In this document: one piece after another, positions 21,778-32,899 of the stretch
Layout: every line of letters begins with the position of its first letter
Position numbering within the stretch: position 1 is the stretch's first letter
Assembly (NCBI GenBank): GCA_963981015.1
Contig: CAXCCG010000003.1
Coordinates: 578 to 64,577, forward strand
DNA from: an uncultured Gammaproteobacteria bacterium
Lineage (GTDB): Bacteria; Pseudomonadota; Gammaproteobacteria; GCF-002020875
Direction of reading: 5' to 3'
Length of the DNA stretch: 64,000 nt
Translations under genes and position numbers: made by a program
The notes under the pieces: model-generated
Seen by the model: the letters and a program-made list of their open reading frames with translations, nothing else
Databases searched by the model: none
Told to the model about the DNA's origin: nothing

Positions 21778-21797
21778 TGACAGGTTCTGCTGAGGGG

Positions 21798-23684
21798 TTA
21801 AACCTCGGCCAGATCTCCCCGCTTCTCTAACCAGCTCTTACGATCAGAAGCACGTTTTTTCGCCAGCAGCATATCCATAATCGAGTGGCTATCATCTCCT
21901 GATTCGATGGTCAGTTGCACCAAACGTCGGGTCTCTGATGCCATGGTGGTCTCTCTCAGCTGTAACGGGTTCATCTCACCCAGCCCTTTGAAACGCTGTA
22001 CGTTAACTTTACCTCGCTTTTTCTCGGCGGTAATTCGATCCAAAATCCCCTGTTTCTCGGCATCATCCAGGGCGTAATAGACCTCTTTCCCTACATCAAT
22101 ACGATAGAGAGGCGGCATCGCCACATAGACATGCCCCGCCATCACCAGGTTTGGGAAATGGCGCAAGAAGAGTGCGCAGAGCAGTGTAGCGATATGAAGT
22201 CCATCTGAATCTGCATCCGCAAGAATACAAATTTTTCCATAACGTAGTCCACCAAGTTCACTGCTCCCCGGCTCCATCCCCAAGGCTACCGAGATATCAT
22301 GCACCTCTTGAGAAGCGAGCACCTGCATCGGGTCAACTTCCCAGGTATTCAAAATCTTGCCACGTAGCGGCATAATCGCCTGAAATTCACGGTCACGCGC
22401 CTGTTTGGCGGAACCGCCTGCTGAATCACCCTCTACCAGAAACAGCTCCCCCTGCATGGGGTCTGCTGTAGAGCAGTCTGCCAATTTACCTGGCAAGGCT
22501 GGCCCACTGGTAATCTTTTTGCGCACCACTTTTTTACGGCTGCGCATCCGGCTCTGTGCATTATTGATCGCCAACTCGGCAATCTGCTCACCCAGGGCAG
22601 GGTGCTCATTCAGCCAGAGGCTAAAGGCATCTTTAACTACCCCGGAGACAAAGGCGGCCACCTCTCTGGAGGAGAGACGCTCTTTAGTCTGCCCGGCAAA
22701 TTGTGGATCTGCCATCTTGACTGAAAGGATGTAACTCACCCGTTCCCACACGTCTTCTGGCGTCAGCTTGACTCCCCGTGGTAACAAATTACGAAATTCG
22801 CAAAATTCACGCACCCCTTCCGTTAATCCTGCTCGCAAGCCATTTACATGAGTCCCTCCCTGTGGGGTTGGTACCAGATTCACATAACTCTCATTGACCG
22901 ATTCGCCCCCCTCCGGTAACCAGGCCACGGCCCACTCTGCCCCCTCATGTTCACTGTTACTGACCCCCATAAAGGGCTCTTCTTCCGGCACAGAGGGCAG
23001 ATCCCCGATCTGGCTCATCAAATACTGCTTGAGACCATCCTCATAGTGCCAATCATCTTCTTCACCACTCGCCTCATCTTTAAGGATGATACGCAGCCCA
23101 GGCTGCAGCACCGCCTTGGCACGCATCAGATGACGTAGTTTAGGTAGTGAAATCTTAGGGGAGTCAAAATACGAGACATCGGGCCAGAAGCGGATGGTAG
23201 TGCCGGTATTACGCTTTCCTACCGTACCGATCTGTTCCAGGTCACTGCGCTTTTCACCATTGGCGAAGGCCATATTCATCTCTCGACCATCACGGCGTAC
23301 CCACACCTCCAGATTTTTAGAGAGTGCATTGACTACCGAGACCCCAACACCATGAAGGCCTCCGGAGAACTGGTAGTTGTTACCGGAGAATTTGCCGCCT
23401 GCATGGAGACGGGTGAGGATCACCTCGATACCGGGCACCCCCTCTTCAGGGTGTATATCCGTGGGCATGCCCCGCCCATTGTCCTCAACTGAAACAGAAC
23501 CATCTTTGTGGATCATTACCTGAATACGGTCGGCGTGACCTGCCATCGCCTCATCGACGCTATTATCCAGCACCTCCTGAATCAGATGGTTCGGACGGGT
23601 GGTATCAGTGTACATCCCTGGACGTTTGCGGACCGGGTCCAGACCGGAGAGTACCTCAATCGCTGAGGCGTCGTAGTTAGACAT
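21798..23684 (-). CDS. parE: DNA topoisomerase IV subunit B
   Basis: 628 aa; near end-to-end match to ParE (MSNYDASAIEVLSGLDPVRKRPGMYTDTTRPNH...), too short for GyrB. Confidence 0.9.
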   Translation of the reverse strand: MSNYDASAIEVLSGLDPVRKRPGMYTDTTRPNHLIQEVLDNSVDEAMAGHADRIQVMIHKDGSVSVEDNGRGMPTDIHPEEGVPGIEVILTRLHAGGKFSGNNYQFSGGLHGVGVSVVNALSKNLEVWVRRDGREMNMAFANGEKRSDLEQIGTVGKRNTGTTIRFWPDVSYFDSPKISLPKLRHLMRAKAVLQPGLRIILKDEASGEEDDWHYEDGLKQYLMSQIGDLPSVPEEEPFMGVSNSEHEGAEWAVAWLPEGGESVNESYVNLVPTPQGGTHVNGLRAGLTEGVREFCEFRNLLPRGVKLTPEDVWERVSYILSVKMADPQFAGQTKERLSSREVAAFVSGVVKDAFSLWLNEHPALGEQIAELAINNAQSRMRSRKKVVRKKITSGPALPGKLADCSTADPMQGELFLVEGDSAGGSAKQARDREFQAIMPLRGKILNTWEVDPMQVLASQEVHDISVALGMEPGSSELGGLRYGKICILADADSDGLHIATLLCALFLRHFPNLVMAGHVYVAMPPLYRIDVGKEVYYALDDAEKQGILDRITAEKKRGKVNVQRFKGLGEMNPLQLRETTMASETRRLVQLTIESGDDSHSIMDMLLAKKRASDRKSWLEKRGDLAEV

Positions 23685-23699
23685 AGCTTTTTTTAGTTC

Positions 23700-24221
23700 T
23701 TAACGGTTATATTTAATTTGATCAATAATCTCTGCAACACTCTTCGGGCTATCCGTAATTCGGTCACAGACCATGCCTTTCAAGAGTGCCTTGCGGAAGA
23801 AGTCGCCCCCTTTAATGGCCTTCCATGTTGCACTCTCATTGAGCATAAATTCACCATTCACTCCGAAGGCATAGTTTTTGTACTCTCTGACTGTGCAGCG
23901 CAACCCGTCATAAAACACGTTGGTCGCCCCACTACGTGTCTGGATTGCCACTGAATAACGGACCACATAATCATCCGCAATGGAGAGAGACCGAGTATCG
24001 AGGAAGTACTGATGGTGTTGTGTAGCCGGGTTGTCCACTGTGAACTCTAACAAGTTCTCTTGTTGTGGATAGGGCGGAATGGTCACTTCAGCCTCCTTCC
24101 AGGCCTCTCCCTCTTCAAACCATTCATTCTTGCCACTGTTATCCCACCACTCTCCAGCGGCATATGCCGTGATTGGTAGGCAGATAAATATCAATAGAGT
24201 CGGTATAATCGTCTGCTTCAT
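23700..24221 (-). CDS. secreted hypothetical protein (possibly CNP1-like lipoprotein family)
   Basis: signal peptide MKQTIIPTLLIFICLPITAYA; no catalytic motif; internal Met start chosen. Confidence 0.45.
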   Translation of the reverse strand: MKQTIIPTLLIFICLPITAYAAGEWWDNSGKNEWFEEGEAWKEAEVTIPPYPQQENLLEFTVDNPATQHHQYFLDTRSLSIADDYVVRYSVAIQTRSGATNVFYDGLRCTVREYKNYAFGVNGEFMLNESATWKAIKGGDFFRKALLKGMVCDRITDSPKSVAEIIDQIKYNR

Positions 24222-24274
24222 CTGCATATTATCTATTGAATTCGATCTTAAACCCACCTTAATTAGCTAGAAAA

Positions 24275-24520
24275 ATGGCCCCACGTAAAAAAACTGCTGT
24301 TAAAAATGAGAACACTCCATTTAACTTTGAGAAGACCCTCAATGAGTTAGAGCAACTTGTGTCCTTAATGGAAGGTGGTGAATTACCGCTTGAGGAGTCT
24401 CTAAAAAAGTTTGAACAGGGCATCCAGCTAATTCGAGGCTGCCAGGTTGCATTAACCGAAGCTGAACAGAAAGTGGAGATCTTGACCCAGCAAGGGTTAA
24501 AACCTTTCGACGCCGCATGA
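24275..24520 (+). CDS. xseB: exodeoxyribonuclease VII small subunit
   Basis: 81 aa, LNELEQLVSLMEGGELPLEESLKKFEQGIQLIRGCQ. Confidence 0.85.
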   Translation: MAPRKKTAVKNENTPFNFEKTLNELEQLVSLMEGGELPLEESLKKFEQGIQLIRGCQVALTEAEQKVEILTQQGLKPFDAA

Positions 24521-25389
24521 ACGACCACTTTCAACAATGGCAACAGCGTGTCGAAGCCACCATCAAAAGATCTCTTCCTACTGTAGAAACTCACCCCGAG
24601 CGACTTCATCAGGCAATGCATTATGCACTGTTTAATGGCGGTAAACGAATCCGTCCAATGATTACCTACGCTACCGCAGAGTTGTTGGGCATCGAGCTAG
24701 AGCAGGTCGACCCCGCTGCTGCTGCCATTGAGATGATTCACGCCTACTCACTGATCCATGATGATCTACCTGCCATGGATGATGACGCACTGCGCCGGGG
24801 CCAACCCACATGCCATATGGCATTCGATGAGGCCACCGCCATCCTGGCAGGCGATGCACTACAAACAGCTGCATTTGAGACTCTGGTGATGACAGATGCC
24901 TCCAGTGAAATTCGTCTGGGGTGGATACAACAGCTGGCCTTCGCCAGTGGTGCTGCAGGCATGGTTGGTGGACAGATGATCGATCTGGAGTCTGAACAAA
25001 AGCACGTTGATGCCGATTCACTGCGGATGATGCATAACAAGAAGACCGGGGCACTGATTCAGGCCTCTGTCCTGATGGGTGCGACACCCGCCCAGCCAGG
25101 CTCTGATACTCTGGATAATCTACAACGATATGCAGAAACCATCGGTCTCGCCTTTCAGGTACAAGATGACATCCTCGACGTTGAAGGAGAGAGCGCTATC
25201 ATTGGCAAGCCACAAGGGTCTGATCAACAGCAGGGGAAAAGTACATTTGTCAGCCTGTTCGGTGTTGATGGGGCAAAGCGGCAGCTCAGCACACTCTACC
25301 AGCAGTCGATGGATAGCCTCTCTGCACTCAATGGCGGTACAAGCCAGCTTGCCGAAATCACACACTATGTGATTCAGAGAGACCACTGA
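24517..25389 (+). CDS. ispA: farnesyl diphosphate synthase
   Basis: two Asp-rich motifs (LIHDDLPAMDDDALRRG; FQVQDDILD). Confidence 0.9.
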   Translation: MNDHFQQWQQRVEATIKRSLPTVETHPERLHQAMHYALFNGGKRIRPMITYATAELLGIELEQVDPAAAAIEMIHAYSLIHDDLPAMDDDALRRGQPTCHMAFDEATAILAGDALQTAAFETLVMTDASSEIRLGWIQQLAFASGAAGMVGGQMIDLESEQKHVDADSLRMMHNKKTGALIQASVLMGATPAQPGSDTLDNLQRYAETIGLAFQVQDDILDVEGESAIIGKPQGSDQQQGKSTFVSLFGVDGAKRQLSTLYQQSMDSLSALNGGTSQLAEITHYVIQRDH

Positions 25390-25394
25390 GAACC

Positions 25395-27275
25395 ATGGAT
25401 AAGCCCACTCCACTGACCCCTCTTCTGGATCAGACCTCCAGCCCTCAGCTACTGCGCCAACTCAACTCTTCTGAATTACCGGAGCTTGCTCAACAACTTC
25501 GTGATTTCATGATTCACTCGGTTGAGAAGACCGGGGGGCATCTCGCCTCCAGCCTTGGCGTGGTGGAGTTGTCCATTGCACTTCACTATATCTATAACAC
25601 CCCAGAGGACCGCCTGGTATGGGATGTCGGACACCAGTGTTATCCACACAAGATTCTGACCGGACGTAAAGAGGCGATGACCACCCTGCGTCAGCAAGGG
25701 GGTATCTCCGGTTTTACCAAAAGAGGCGAGAGTCCATACGACCCTTTTGGTGCCGGTCACTCCAGCACCTCGATCAGCGCTGCACTGGGGATGGCAATCG
25801 CCTCTAAACAGGCCTCTAACAATCGCCAGACGGTTGCAGTCATCGGTGATGGCGCTTTAACCGGTGGAATGGCCTTTGAGGCACTCAACCATGCCGGTGA
25901 ATCCAATGCTGACCTGTTGGTCGTGCTCAACGATAATGATATGTCGATCTCAGAAAATGTGGGGGGCCTCTCCCGTTATCTGGGGCGAATACTCACCAGC
26001 TCTACCTATAGCCAGATGCGGGAGACCAGTAAAAAGGTGCTGAGCCACCTACCCGGAGCGTGGGATCTGGCGCGTAAAACCGAAGAGCACATGAAGGGGA
26101 TGGTGGTGCCTGGAACACTCTTTGAGGAGTTAGGGTTCAACTATGCAGGCCCTGTCGACGGCCATGATCTTCCCGCTCTGGTACGTGCATTACGTACTCT
26201 GCATACCTTGAAAGGGCCACGGTTTCTCCACATTATCACCCAGAAAGGGCGGGGCTATACCCCTGCAGAACAGGACCCCCTGAAATATCACGGTATAGGT
26301 CGTATCGAGCCTGCACTGAAAGTTAACCAACAACCTGACTCTAAGAATACTGTCACCTATACAGAAATCTTTGGTGAGTGGCTCTGCAACAGCGTTGAGA
26401 AATATCCACAACTGATCGCCATTACCCCGGCGATGATGAGTGGCTCTGGAATGGTGAAATTTGCCAAACAGTATCCTGACCACTTTATTGATGTCGGCAT
26501 TGCAGAGCAACATGCCGTAACCCTGGCTGCAGGGCTTGCAACAGAGAACCGACACCCCATTGTTGCCGTCTACTCCACCTTTCTACAGCGTGGATACGAT
26601 CAGTTGATCCATGATGTGGCACTACAAAACCTGCCCGTACTGTTTGCCATTGACCGTGCAGGGTTGGTTGGTGCAGACGGCGCAACCCATACCGGTGCAT
26701 TTGATATCAGCTTTCTGCGTATTATTCCCAATATGGTGGTAATGACCCCTTCCAGTGGAGCAGAGTGTCAACAGATGCTTGACTGTGCGCTAGAACATCC
26801 TGGACCCGCTGCTATCCGCTACCCCCGAGCCACTACACCCGCTATTGCAGAGAAGCTTAATACTATTGACCCGATTAAACTGGGTAGAGGCGTGGTGTGT
26901 CGCTCAGGAGAAAGCACTGCTCTGCTGGTCTTTGGACCTCTGCTAGAACCCGCACTTATCGCTGCAGAGCAGATCAATGCCACTGTGGTCGATATGCGCT
27001 TTGTGGCTCCACTGGATCAGCAGCTTCTACTGCAGATCGCCCAGTCTCACCAACATCTGATAACCATTGAAGAGAATGTGGTTGCGGGAGGTGCCGGTAG
27101 TGGTGTTAATGAATTTCTGTTATCCAACCAGATCCAGTGCCCCATCCTTAACCTTGGCTTACCAAATCACTTTGTTGAGCAGGGAGAAAGAGATACACTA
27201 CTGCGTTTATATCGGCTGGACAGTGATGGTATACTTGACTCTATTAGTCGGTTTCTATCGACTGAACAGCGATAG
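25395..27275 (+). CDS. dxs: 1-deoxy-D-xylulose-5-phosphate synthase
   Basis: 626 aa transketolase-like, GDGALTGGMAFEALNHAG; canonical xseB-ispA-dxs order. Confidence 0.95.
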   Translation: MDKPTPLTPLLDQTSSPQLLRQLNSSELPELAQQLRDFMIHSVEKTGGHLASSLGVVELSIALHYIYNTPEDRLVWDVGHQCYPHKILTGRKEAMTTLRQQGGISGFTKRGESPYDPFGAGHSSTSISAALGMAIASKQASNNRQTVAVIGDGALTGGMAFEALNHAGESNADLLVVLNDNDMSISENVGGLSRYLGRILTSSTYSQMRETSKKVLSHLPGAWDLARKTEEHMKGMVVPGTLFEELGFNYAGPVDGHDLPALVRALRTLHTLKGPRFLHIITQKGRGYTPAEQDPLKYHGIGRIEPALKVNQQPDSKNTVTYTEIFGEWLCNSVEKYPQLIAITPAMMSGSGMVKFAKQYPDHFIDVGIAEQHAVTLAAGLATENRHPIVAVYSTFLQRGYDQLIHDVALQNLPVLFAIDRAGLVGADGATHTGAFDISFLRIIPNMVVMTPSSGAECQQMLDCALEHPGPAAIRYPRATTPAIAEKLNTIDPIKLGRGVVCRSGESTALLVFGPLLEPALIAAEQINATVVDMRFVAPLDQQLLLQIAQSHQHLITIEENVVAGGAGSGVNEFLLSNQIQCPILNLGLPNHFVEQGERDTLLRLYRLDSDGILDSISRFLSTEQR

Positions 27276-27322
27276 CCCAGACCGAGAACAGTCTTGCAGC
27301 AAGGAACATTTAACTGACCGAA

Positions 27323-27700
27323 ATGGCCGGCCAATTTACATTACGAACCATCAGCGACTTTGCCGCTGCCCATAGCCTGCGAGAATACCCAGGGGACTGT
27401 CAGCGCCTGCATGGTCATAACTGGAAAGTTGAAGTTGAGATCTCAGCCAGCGAGCTGGATGCTCTCGGTATGGTGGTCGACTTCAAAGAGATCAAAAAGG
27501 TGACTCGTGAAGCCACTGACCGACTCGACCACCGTTACTTGAATGAGCTAGAGCCTTTTAACCAAATCAACCCAACGGCAGAGAACATTGCCCGCACCCT
27601 CTACCAGCAGATTTCTGCTGGCCTGAATAGTGAGCGGGTCCATGTGGATGCAGTCACCGTATGGGAAACCGAGCGTGCCTCAGCACGCTATTGTGAATAA
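27323..27700 (+). CDS. queD: 6-carboxy-5,6,7,8-tetrahydropterin synthase
   Basis: FAAAHSL...[13 protein letters not shown] (PTPS His motifs), 125 aa. Confidence 0.85.
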   Translation: MAGQFTLRTISDFAAAHSLREYPGDCQRLHGHNWKVEVEISASELDALGMVVDFKEIKKVTREATDRLDHRYLNELEPFNQINPTAENIARTLYQQISAGLNSERVHVDAVTVWETERASARYCE

Positions 27701-27720
27701 CCAATAAAGAGAGAGTTTCC

Positions 27721-28506
27721 ATGAGCGATAACAGCATGGTTGATGTACAGAGCAGCACTGATACCCGTCAGATCCCCATCGACAAAGTGGGCATCAAGGA
27801 TATCCGTCACCCGGTAGTCATCAAGGATCGCACCGGCAAGGAGCAGCACACCGTTGCCAACTTCAATATGTATGTCAGCCTTCCCCAGCATTTCAAAGGG
27901 ACCCATATGTCCCGCTTTGTACGCATCCTCAACCAGCATGACTATGAGATTACCACCGATAGCTTCAAAGCGATGCTCAGTGAAATGGTAGAGACACTGG
28001 AGGCTATGACAGGCCATATTGAGATGTCTTTCCCTTTCTTCGTCAACAAGAAGGCTCCTATCAGCGGGATCAAGAGCCTGATCGACTATCAGGTCACCTT
28101 TATCGGTGAGATCGTTGATGGTGAACCGGTCATCAATGTAAAGGTGCTGGTACCCGCCACCAGCCTCTGCCCCTGCTCCAAAGAGATCTCTGACTACGGT
28201 GCCCACAACCAGCGTTCACACATCACCGTTAATGCCTGCACGAAAGGCTTTATCTGGATTGAGGACATCATCGATCTTGTCGAGCAAGAGGCCTCTTGCG
28301 AGTTGTTTGGTCTTCTCAAGCGTCCCGATGAAAAATATGTAACAGAACGCGCCTATGACAACCCAAAATTTGTGGAAGACCTGGTACGTGATGTTGCCAA
28401 CCGCCTTAACAACGATAACCGCATTATCTCCTATATTCTGGAGGCAGAGAACTTCGAATCAATTCACAACCACTCTGCCTACGCACTAATCGAGAAGACA
28501 AAATAA
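27721..28506 (+). CDS. folE2: GTP cyclohydrolase FolE2 (GCYH-IB)
   Basis: 261 aa, ...[19 protein letters not shown]... FolE2/MptA family, next to queD. Confidence 0.8.
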   Translation: MSDNSMVDVQSSTDTRQIPIDKVGIKDIRHPVVIKDRTGKEQHTVANFNMYVSLPQHFKGTHMSRFVRILNQHDYEITTDSFKAMLSEMVETLEAMTGHIEMSFPFFVNKKAPISGIKSLIDYQVTFIGEIVDGEPVINVKVLVPATSLCPCSKEISDYGAHNQRSHITVNACTKGFIWIEDIIDLVEQEASCELFGLLKRPDEKYVTERAYDNPKFVEDLVRDVANRLNNDNRIISYILEAENFESIHNHSAYALIEKTK

Positions 28507-28619
28507 CCATACAAAGGCCGTAGAGAGTGGTCATTACAGATCCGGAAGATTGGGAAACAGCCCCACTCTTGCAGTACCCTCATAGTGCATAAACCTACAC
28601 TCAAGGAGCACACACCAAG

Positions 28620-30407
28620 GTGATTCACTACACAGTATCTACTGCAACTCAAGGGCACTACTTTGATATCTGCTGCACCATTGCCTACCCTGACCCTGAA
28701 GGACAGCAGCTCTCATTACCGGCATGGATTCCCGGTAGCTATATGATTCGGGATTTTTCCAAAAACATACTTTCAGTGACAGCAACCTCTGCCGGCAGAG
28801 AGGTCATTCTGGTTAAACTGGATAAACAGTTATGGCGTGCGATGCCCTGTAGCGGACCACTACAGATTGAGTATCGTGTCTATGCCAAAGACCTCTCTGT
28901 GCGTACCGCCTACCTAGATGAGCAACACGGTTTTTTTAATGGTACCAGCCTTTTCCTCTCCGTTGATGGACAAGAGCAGCAACCGCACCAACTCACGTTG
29001 ATTCAAGCAGCTTCAAACCCAGACTGGAGTGTTGCCACAACTCTGCCGCCTCAGCAGACCGATGAAAATGGCTGGGGCCTCTATCAGTGCCAAAACTATG
29101 ATGCACTGATCGACCACCCTGTTGAGATGGGCCCTTTCGAATGGGTCAATTTTGAAGTCTATGGGGTACCACACGCCATTGTATTAACCGGCGGAAAACA
29201 GGTTGATACTCAACGTCTGGTCAAAGATCTCACTAAAATCTGTAGACACCACACCCGCTTCTTTGGTGACAGTGAGCCGCCTGTCGACCAGTACCTCTTC
29301 CTCACCACTGTGGTGGAACAGAGCTATGGAGGTCTGGAACATCGTGACTGTTGCGCACTGATCTGTGCTCCGGAGGATCTGCCCCGTATTGGAGAAGTCG
29401 AAGTCAGCGATGGCTACCGAAAGTTTCTGGGACTCTGTAGCCATGAGTATTTCCATCTCTGGAACATCAAACGTATTCGTCCCGAATCCTTCACCCCCTA
29501 CCAACTGGATGAGGAGTCCTATACCCGCCAGCTCTGGGCCTTTGAGGGGATCACCTCTTATTATGACGACCTCGCTCTGGTGCAGTGTGGAATCATCCCT
29601 GAAGAGAGCTATCTGGAGCTGCTGGGGCAGACGCTGACACGGCTACAACGCAGCCGGGGACAACTGGTTCAATCTGTGACTGACTCCAGTCTGGATGCCT
29701 GGACCAAATTCTATAAACAAGATGAAAATGCCAACAATGCGGTCATCAGCTACTATGTCAAAGGGGCTGTAATCGCCTTGATGGTTGATCTCTACCTGCG
29801 AGAGAAGAGCCACGGCGATATCTCCCTGAGGATGGTGATGCAACTACTCTGGGAGGTCTATGGAAAAACACAGTGTGGTGTGCCCGAAACAACCATTGAA
29901 CAGCTCTGCCACCAGGTTGCTGACTGCGAAATTCCATTTTTGGATGATGCCCTCTATGCGACAAAACCGCTAGAGCTTGGCCCCATTCTGGAGAAGGTGG
30001 GCATCCGTTATCGGCTCCGTCCTACAACCTCAAACCGTGATTCCGGGGGCTGCTGGATTGAAAAACAGCCAATCAGTTGGCTTGGCCTGCTCTATAAAGA
30101 GCAGACTAATTCAATCAAGGTTACCCATGTTTCTGATAACAGCCCTGCCCAACAGGCCCATATCGCCACAGGTGATCACATTATTGCCTTAAATCAATTA
30201 CAGGCCAAACCAGAACGGGTACAAAGTATCCTCAATCAACAGTTACCCGGTAGCGAACTCCATCTCCACCTCTTCCGTCGTGGAGAGCTGTTGGAGAAGA
30301 CCGTAATTTTAGCAACACCACCGGAAGATACCGTTGTACTGGAAAAAGTGGATCAGCCTTCCTCTACACAAACCACACTGCAACAGCAGTGGTTAGGAAG
30401 CTTCTGA
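28620..30407 (+). CDS. M61-family zinc metallopeptidase with C-terminal PDZ-like region
   Basis: HEYFHLWN (HExxH) and overall M61 glycyl-aminopeptidase-like length (595 aa). Confidence 0.7.
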   Translation: MIHYTVSTATQGHYFDICCTIAYPDPEGQQLSLPAWIPGSYMIRDFSKNILSVTATSAGREVILVKLDKQLWRAMPCSGPLQIEYRVYAKDLSVRTAYLDEQHGFFNGTSLFLSVDGQEQQPHQLTLIQAASNPDWSVATTLPPQQTDENGWGLYQCQNYDALIDHPVEMGPFEWVNFEVYGVPHAIVLTGGKQVDTQRLVKDLTKICRHHTRFFGDSEPPVDQYLFLTTVVEQSYGGLEHRDCCALICAPEDLPRIGEVEVSDGYRKFLGLCSHEYFHLWNIKRIRPESFTPYQLDEESYTRQLWAFEGITSYYDDLALVQCGIIPEESYLELLGQTLTRLQRSRGQLVQSVTDSSLDAWTKFYKQDENANNAVISYYVKGAVIALMVDLYLREKSHGDISLRMVMQLLWEVYGKTQCGVPETTIEQLCHQVADCEIPFLDDALYATKPLELGPILEKVGIRYRLRPTTSNRDSGGCWIEKQPISWLGLLYKEQTNSIKVTHVSDNSPAQQAHIATGDHIIALNQLQAKPERVQSILNQQLPGSELHLHLFRRGELLEKTVILATPPEDTVVLEKVDQPSSTQTTLQQQWLGSF

Positions 30408-30444
30408 TCTCTGTTTTGTAAGCTGTTTTAAACGGAGAGAGACC

Positions 30445-31668
30445 GTGATACTTAATATTGAACAACCCTCTGATGCTCCACCTCCGTTCGCCCTGTTTCA
30501 ACTTGGCTTTCGACCCTTTTTTCTGGGTGCGGCACTCTATAGTGTAATCGCTGTTCTATTCTGGACACTGGCCTACAGTTTTCAGTGGTCTCCAAGCGCA
30601 ATCCAACAATGGGGAAACCCGTTCTGGTGGCATGGTCATGAAATGATCTTCGGTTATGGAATGGCAGTTGTGGCCGGTTTTCTGCTGACTGCCAGCATGA
30701 ACTGGACCGGAGTTCAGACTATCCGCTTTACACCGCTGACTCTGCTCTTCGCAAGCTGGCTACTTGCCCGCCTTCTACCCTGGATACCTGGAGCAACACT
30801 CTCCATGGTAGCTCTATTTGATCTACTCTTCCTGTTGGCACTCACGGCTGCAGTCACTCATCCACTCTATAAGGCACGTCAATGGGATCAAGTACGGATT
30901 TTCACCTCAAAATTGAGCCTTGTTTTTGTCTGTAACCTCACCTTCTATCTCGGGATGTTCAACTACATTGAGGGGGGAGAACGAATCGGTCTCTACGGAG
31001 CAACCTATCTTATTCTGGCACTGATCCTCACCCTGGGTCGCCGTGTCTTCCCCTTCTTTATTGAAAAAGGGGTCAACCATGACGGCAGTGGCTCCTCCAT
31101 CACACTCAAAAACTCCAAACTACTCGACCTCTCCAGTCTTACCCTATTTCTGCTATTTGCCCTGGCCGATCTATTTATCTCTCAAACACAGGTGATTGGG
31201 GGGTTGGCATTGGCACTTGTGGTCATACACAGTATTCGTTTCTACAACTGGTACACCCCGCATATCTGGAAAAAACCACTGCTCTGGGTTTTAATGGTGG
31301 GCTACGGTTGGATGATTATCGGCTTTCTGCTCAAGGCATTGGCAACTGCAGGGTTCGTCTCCCCTTACCTCGCTCTTCACGCCTTCACCTACGGCGCAGT
31401 CGGGACCGTTACCATCGGCATGATGGCCCGGGTATCTCTGGGCCATACAGGGCGAAGTGTCTTCAATCCACCAAAGGGGCTCAATCTGATTTTTGGACTA
31501 CTGACCGCAGGGGCCTTTGTACGCATACTGCTGCCACTACTGTACCCACAACAGTCTATAAATTGGATGTTACTCTCACAACTGCTGTGGACAGCCACCT
31601 TCTCACTCTTTGCATGGCACTATGCGACCATGCTGATTCGGCCCCGAATTGATGGTCGCCCCGGGTAA
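30445..31668 (+). CDS. nnrS: NnrS family membrane protein (NO-stress associated haem-copper protein)
   Basis: ~12 TM, N-terminal ...FALFQLGFRPFFLGAALYSV...NPFWWHGHEMIFGYG typical of NnrS. Confidence 0.8.
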   Translation: MILNIEQPSDAPPPFALFQLGFRPFFLGAALYSVIAVLFWTLAYSFQWSPSAIQQWGNPFWWHGHEMIFGYGMAVVAGFLLTASMNWTGVQTIRFTPLTLLFASWLLARLLPWIPGATLSMVALFDLLFLLALTAAVTHPLYKARQWDQVRIFTSKLSLVFVCNLTFYLGMFNYIEGGERIGLYGATYLILALILTLGRRVFPFFIEKGVNHDGSGSSITLKNSKLLDLSSLTLFLLFALADLFISQTQVIGGLALALVVIHSIRFYNWYTPHIWKKPLLWVLMVGYGWMIIGFLLKALATAGFVSPYLALHAFTYGAVGTVTIGMMARVSLGHTGRSVFNPPKGLNLIFGLLTAGAFVRILLPLLYPQQSINWMLLSQLLWTATFSLFAWHYATMLIRPRIDGRPG

Positions 31669-31939
31669 TTTGAACCATTACAGTATTGTGCTGAATAGTT
31701 GCTCTACAACTTACCCTGCTGCCTGCTCAATCAATTCATATGTCATCTGATAGCATTCGCGGCACAGTTCTTTGAATAGGTCATAATCACTATTCACTGC
31801 GTTGCAGTGCGGTACGCACGATATACTGGATAGCGCCCCTTTGTCATCCGGACAACTCTATGACAGATACGGACATTTTAATATTAATATGTCCGTTCTG
31901 TTGGCTGCATTCCCACAACTAGGGCTGCCCGAGGATCTA

Positions 31940-32899
31940 TCAAAAGTGCTGATAACCCCGGCTGGCAGGACTCCAGTCACCACTCCATTTCAACTGGTTT
32001 CCCTTCTCGACCTCCCCCACTACCGTGATGGGCACCGCAATCTCTTCCAGCTCTCGGCAGAGTAGTGGGTACGCCTCTTGAGGCAGGGTAAAACAGAGCT
32101 GATATTCATCTCCGGCAACCAAAGCAAAGTTCAATTGCTGCTCTACACTCAGTTCAGCCAGTGCCGGATGGAAGGGAATAGACTCTAGGTCAAGTTTCGC
32201 ACCCACTCCGCTTCGCTGCAGTATGTGCTCTAAATCTGCCAACAAACCATCCGAAACATCAACCATCGCTGAGGCATAACCCCGCAGTCGCAACCCTGCT
32301 TCGACACAAGGCATAGGACGCTCTAGGTGGTGACGAATGTTCGCTGCTTCTTGACCTTGCTGCAATTGCTGTAGAGCATAGCCTGCAGCCCCTAGCCGGT
32401 TGGTTACACAGATCAGATCTCCAGCTTGTGCACCATCACGACGGATGGCTTTTCCGACAGGCACAACGCCATGCGCCTGCAGTGTCAGCGTTAACGGGCC
32501 ACGAGTGGTATCTCCACCCACCAGGTCAATCTGATAGTGTGATGCCAGTGCAAACAGCCCCTCTGCAAACTGCTGTAGCCATATTGAATCATTTTCTGGC
32601 AGTGTCAGTGCCAATGTTACCCATCTAGGCTCGGCCCCCATTGCCGCAAGATCGCTCAGATTCACTGCCAATAATTTATGGCCCAGGGCCTTCGGATCTA
32701 CATCCTTGAGAAAATGAACCCCTTCAACCATCGTGTCGACAGAGACCACCAACTGTTCTCCTGGCAGCAGCTGCAGCAGTGCTGCATCATCTCCAATCCC
32801 CAACAGGGTCTCTGCGTGGTAGTGCTCCCTTTTCGAGAAGTAATCCTGAATCAGCGAGAATTCAGTTACGGCTTTTGCTCTGCTTTTTCTGCTTCTCAT
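31940..32899 (-). CDS. thiL: thiamine-monophosphate kinase
   Basis: EFSLIQDYF...LLGIGDDAAL...VVSVDTMVEGVHF AIR-synthase-like ThiL; internal Met start chosen (the upstream extension overlaps nusB). Confidence 0.8.
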   Translation of the reverse strand: MRSRKSRAKAVTEFSLIQDYFSKREHYHAETLLGIGDDAALLQLLPGEQLVVSVDTMVEGVHFLKDVDPKALGHKLLAVNLSDLAAMGAEPRWVTLALTLPENDSIWLQQFAEGLFALASHYQIDLVGGDTTRGPLTLTLQAHGVVPVGKAIRRDGAQAGDLICVTNRLGAAGYALQQLQQGQEAANIRHHLERPMPCVEAGLRLRGYASAMVDVSDGLLADLEHILQRSGVGAKLDLESIPFHPALAELSVEQQLNFALVAGDEYQLCFTLPQEAYPLLCRELEEIAVPITVVGEVEKGNQLKWSGDWSPASRGYQHF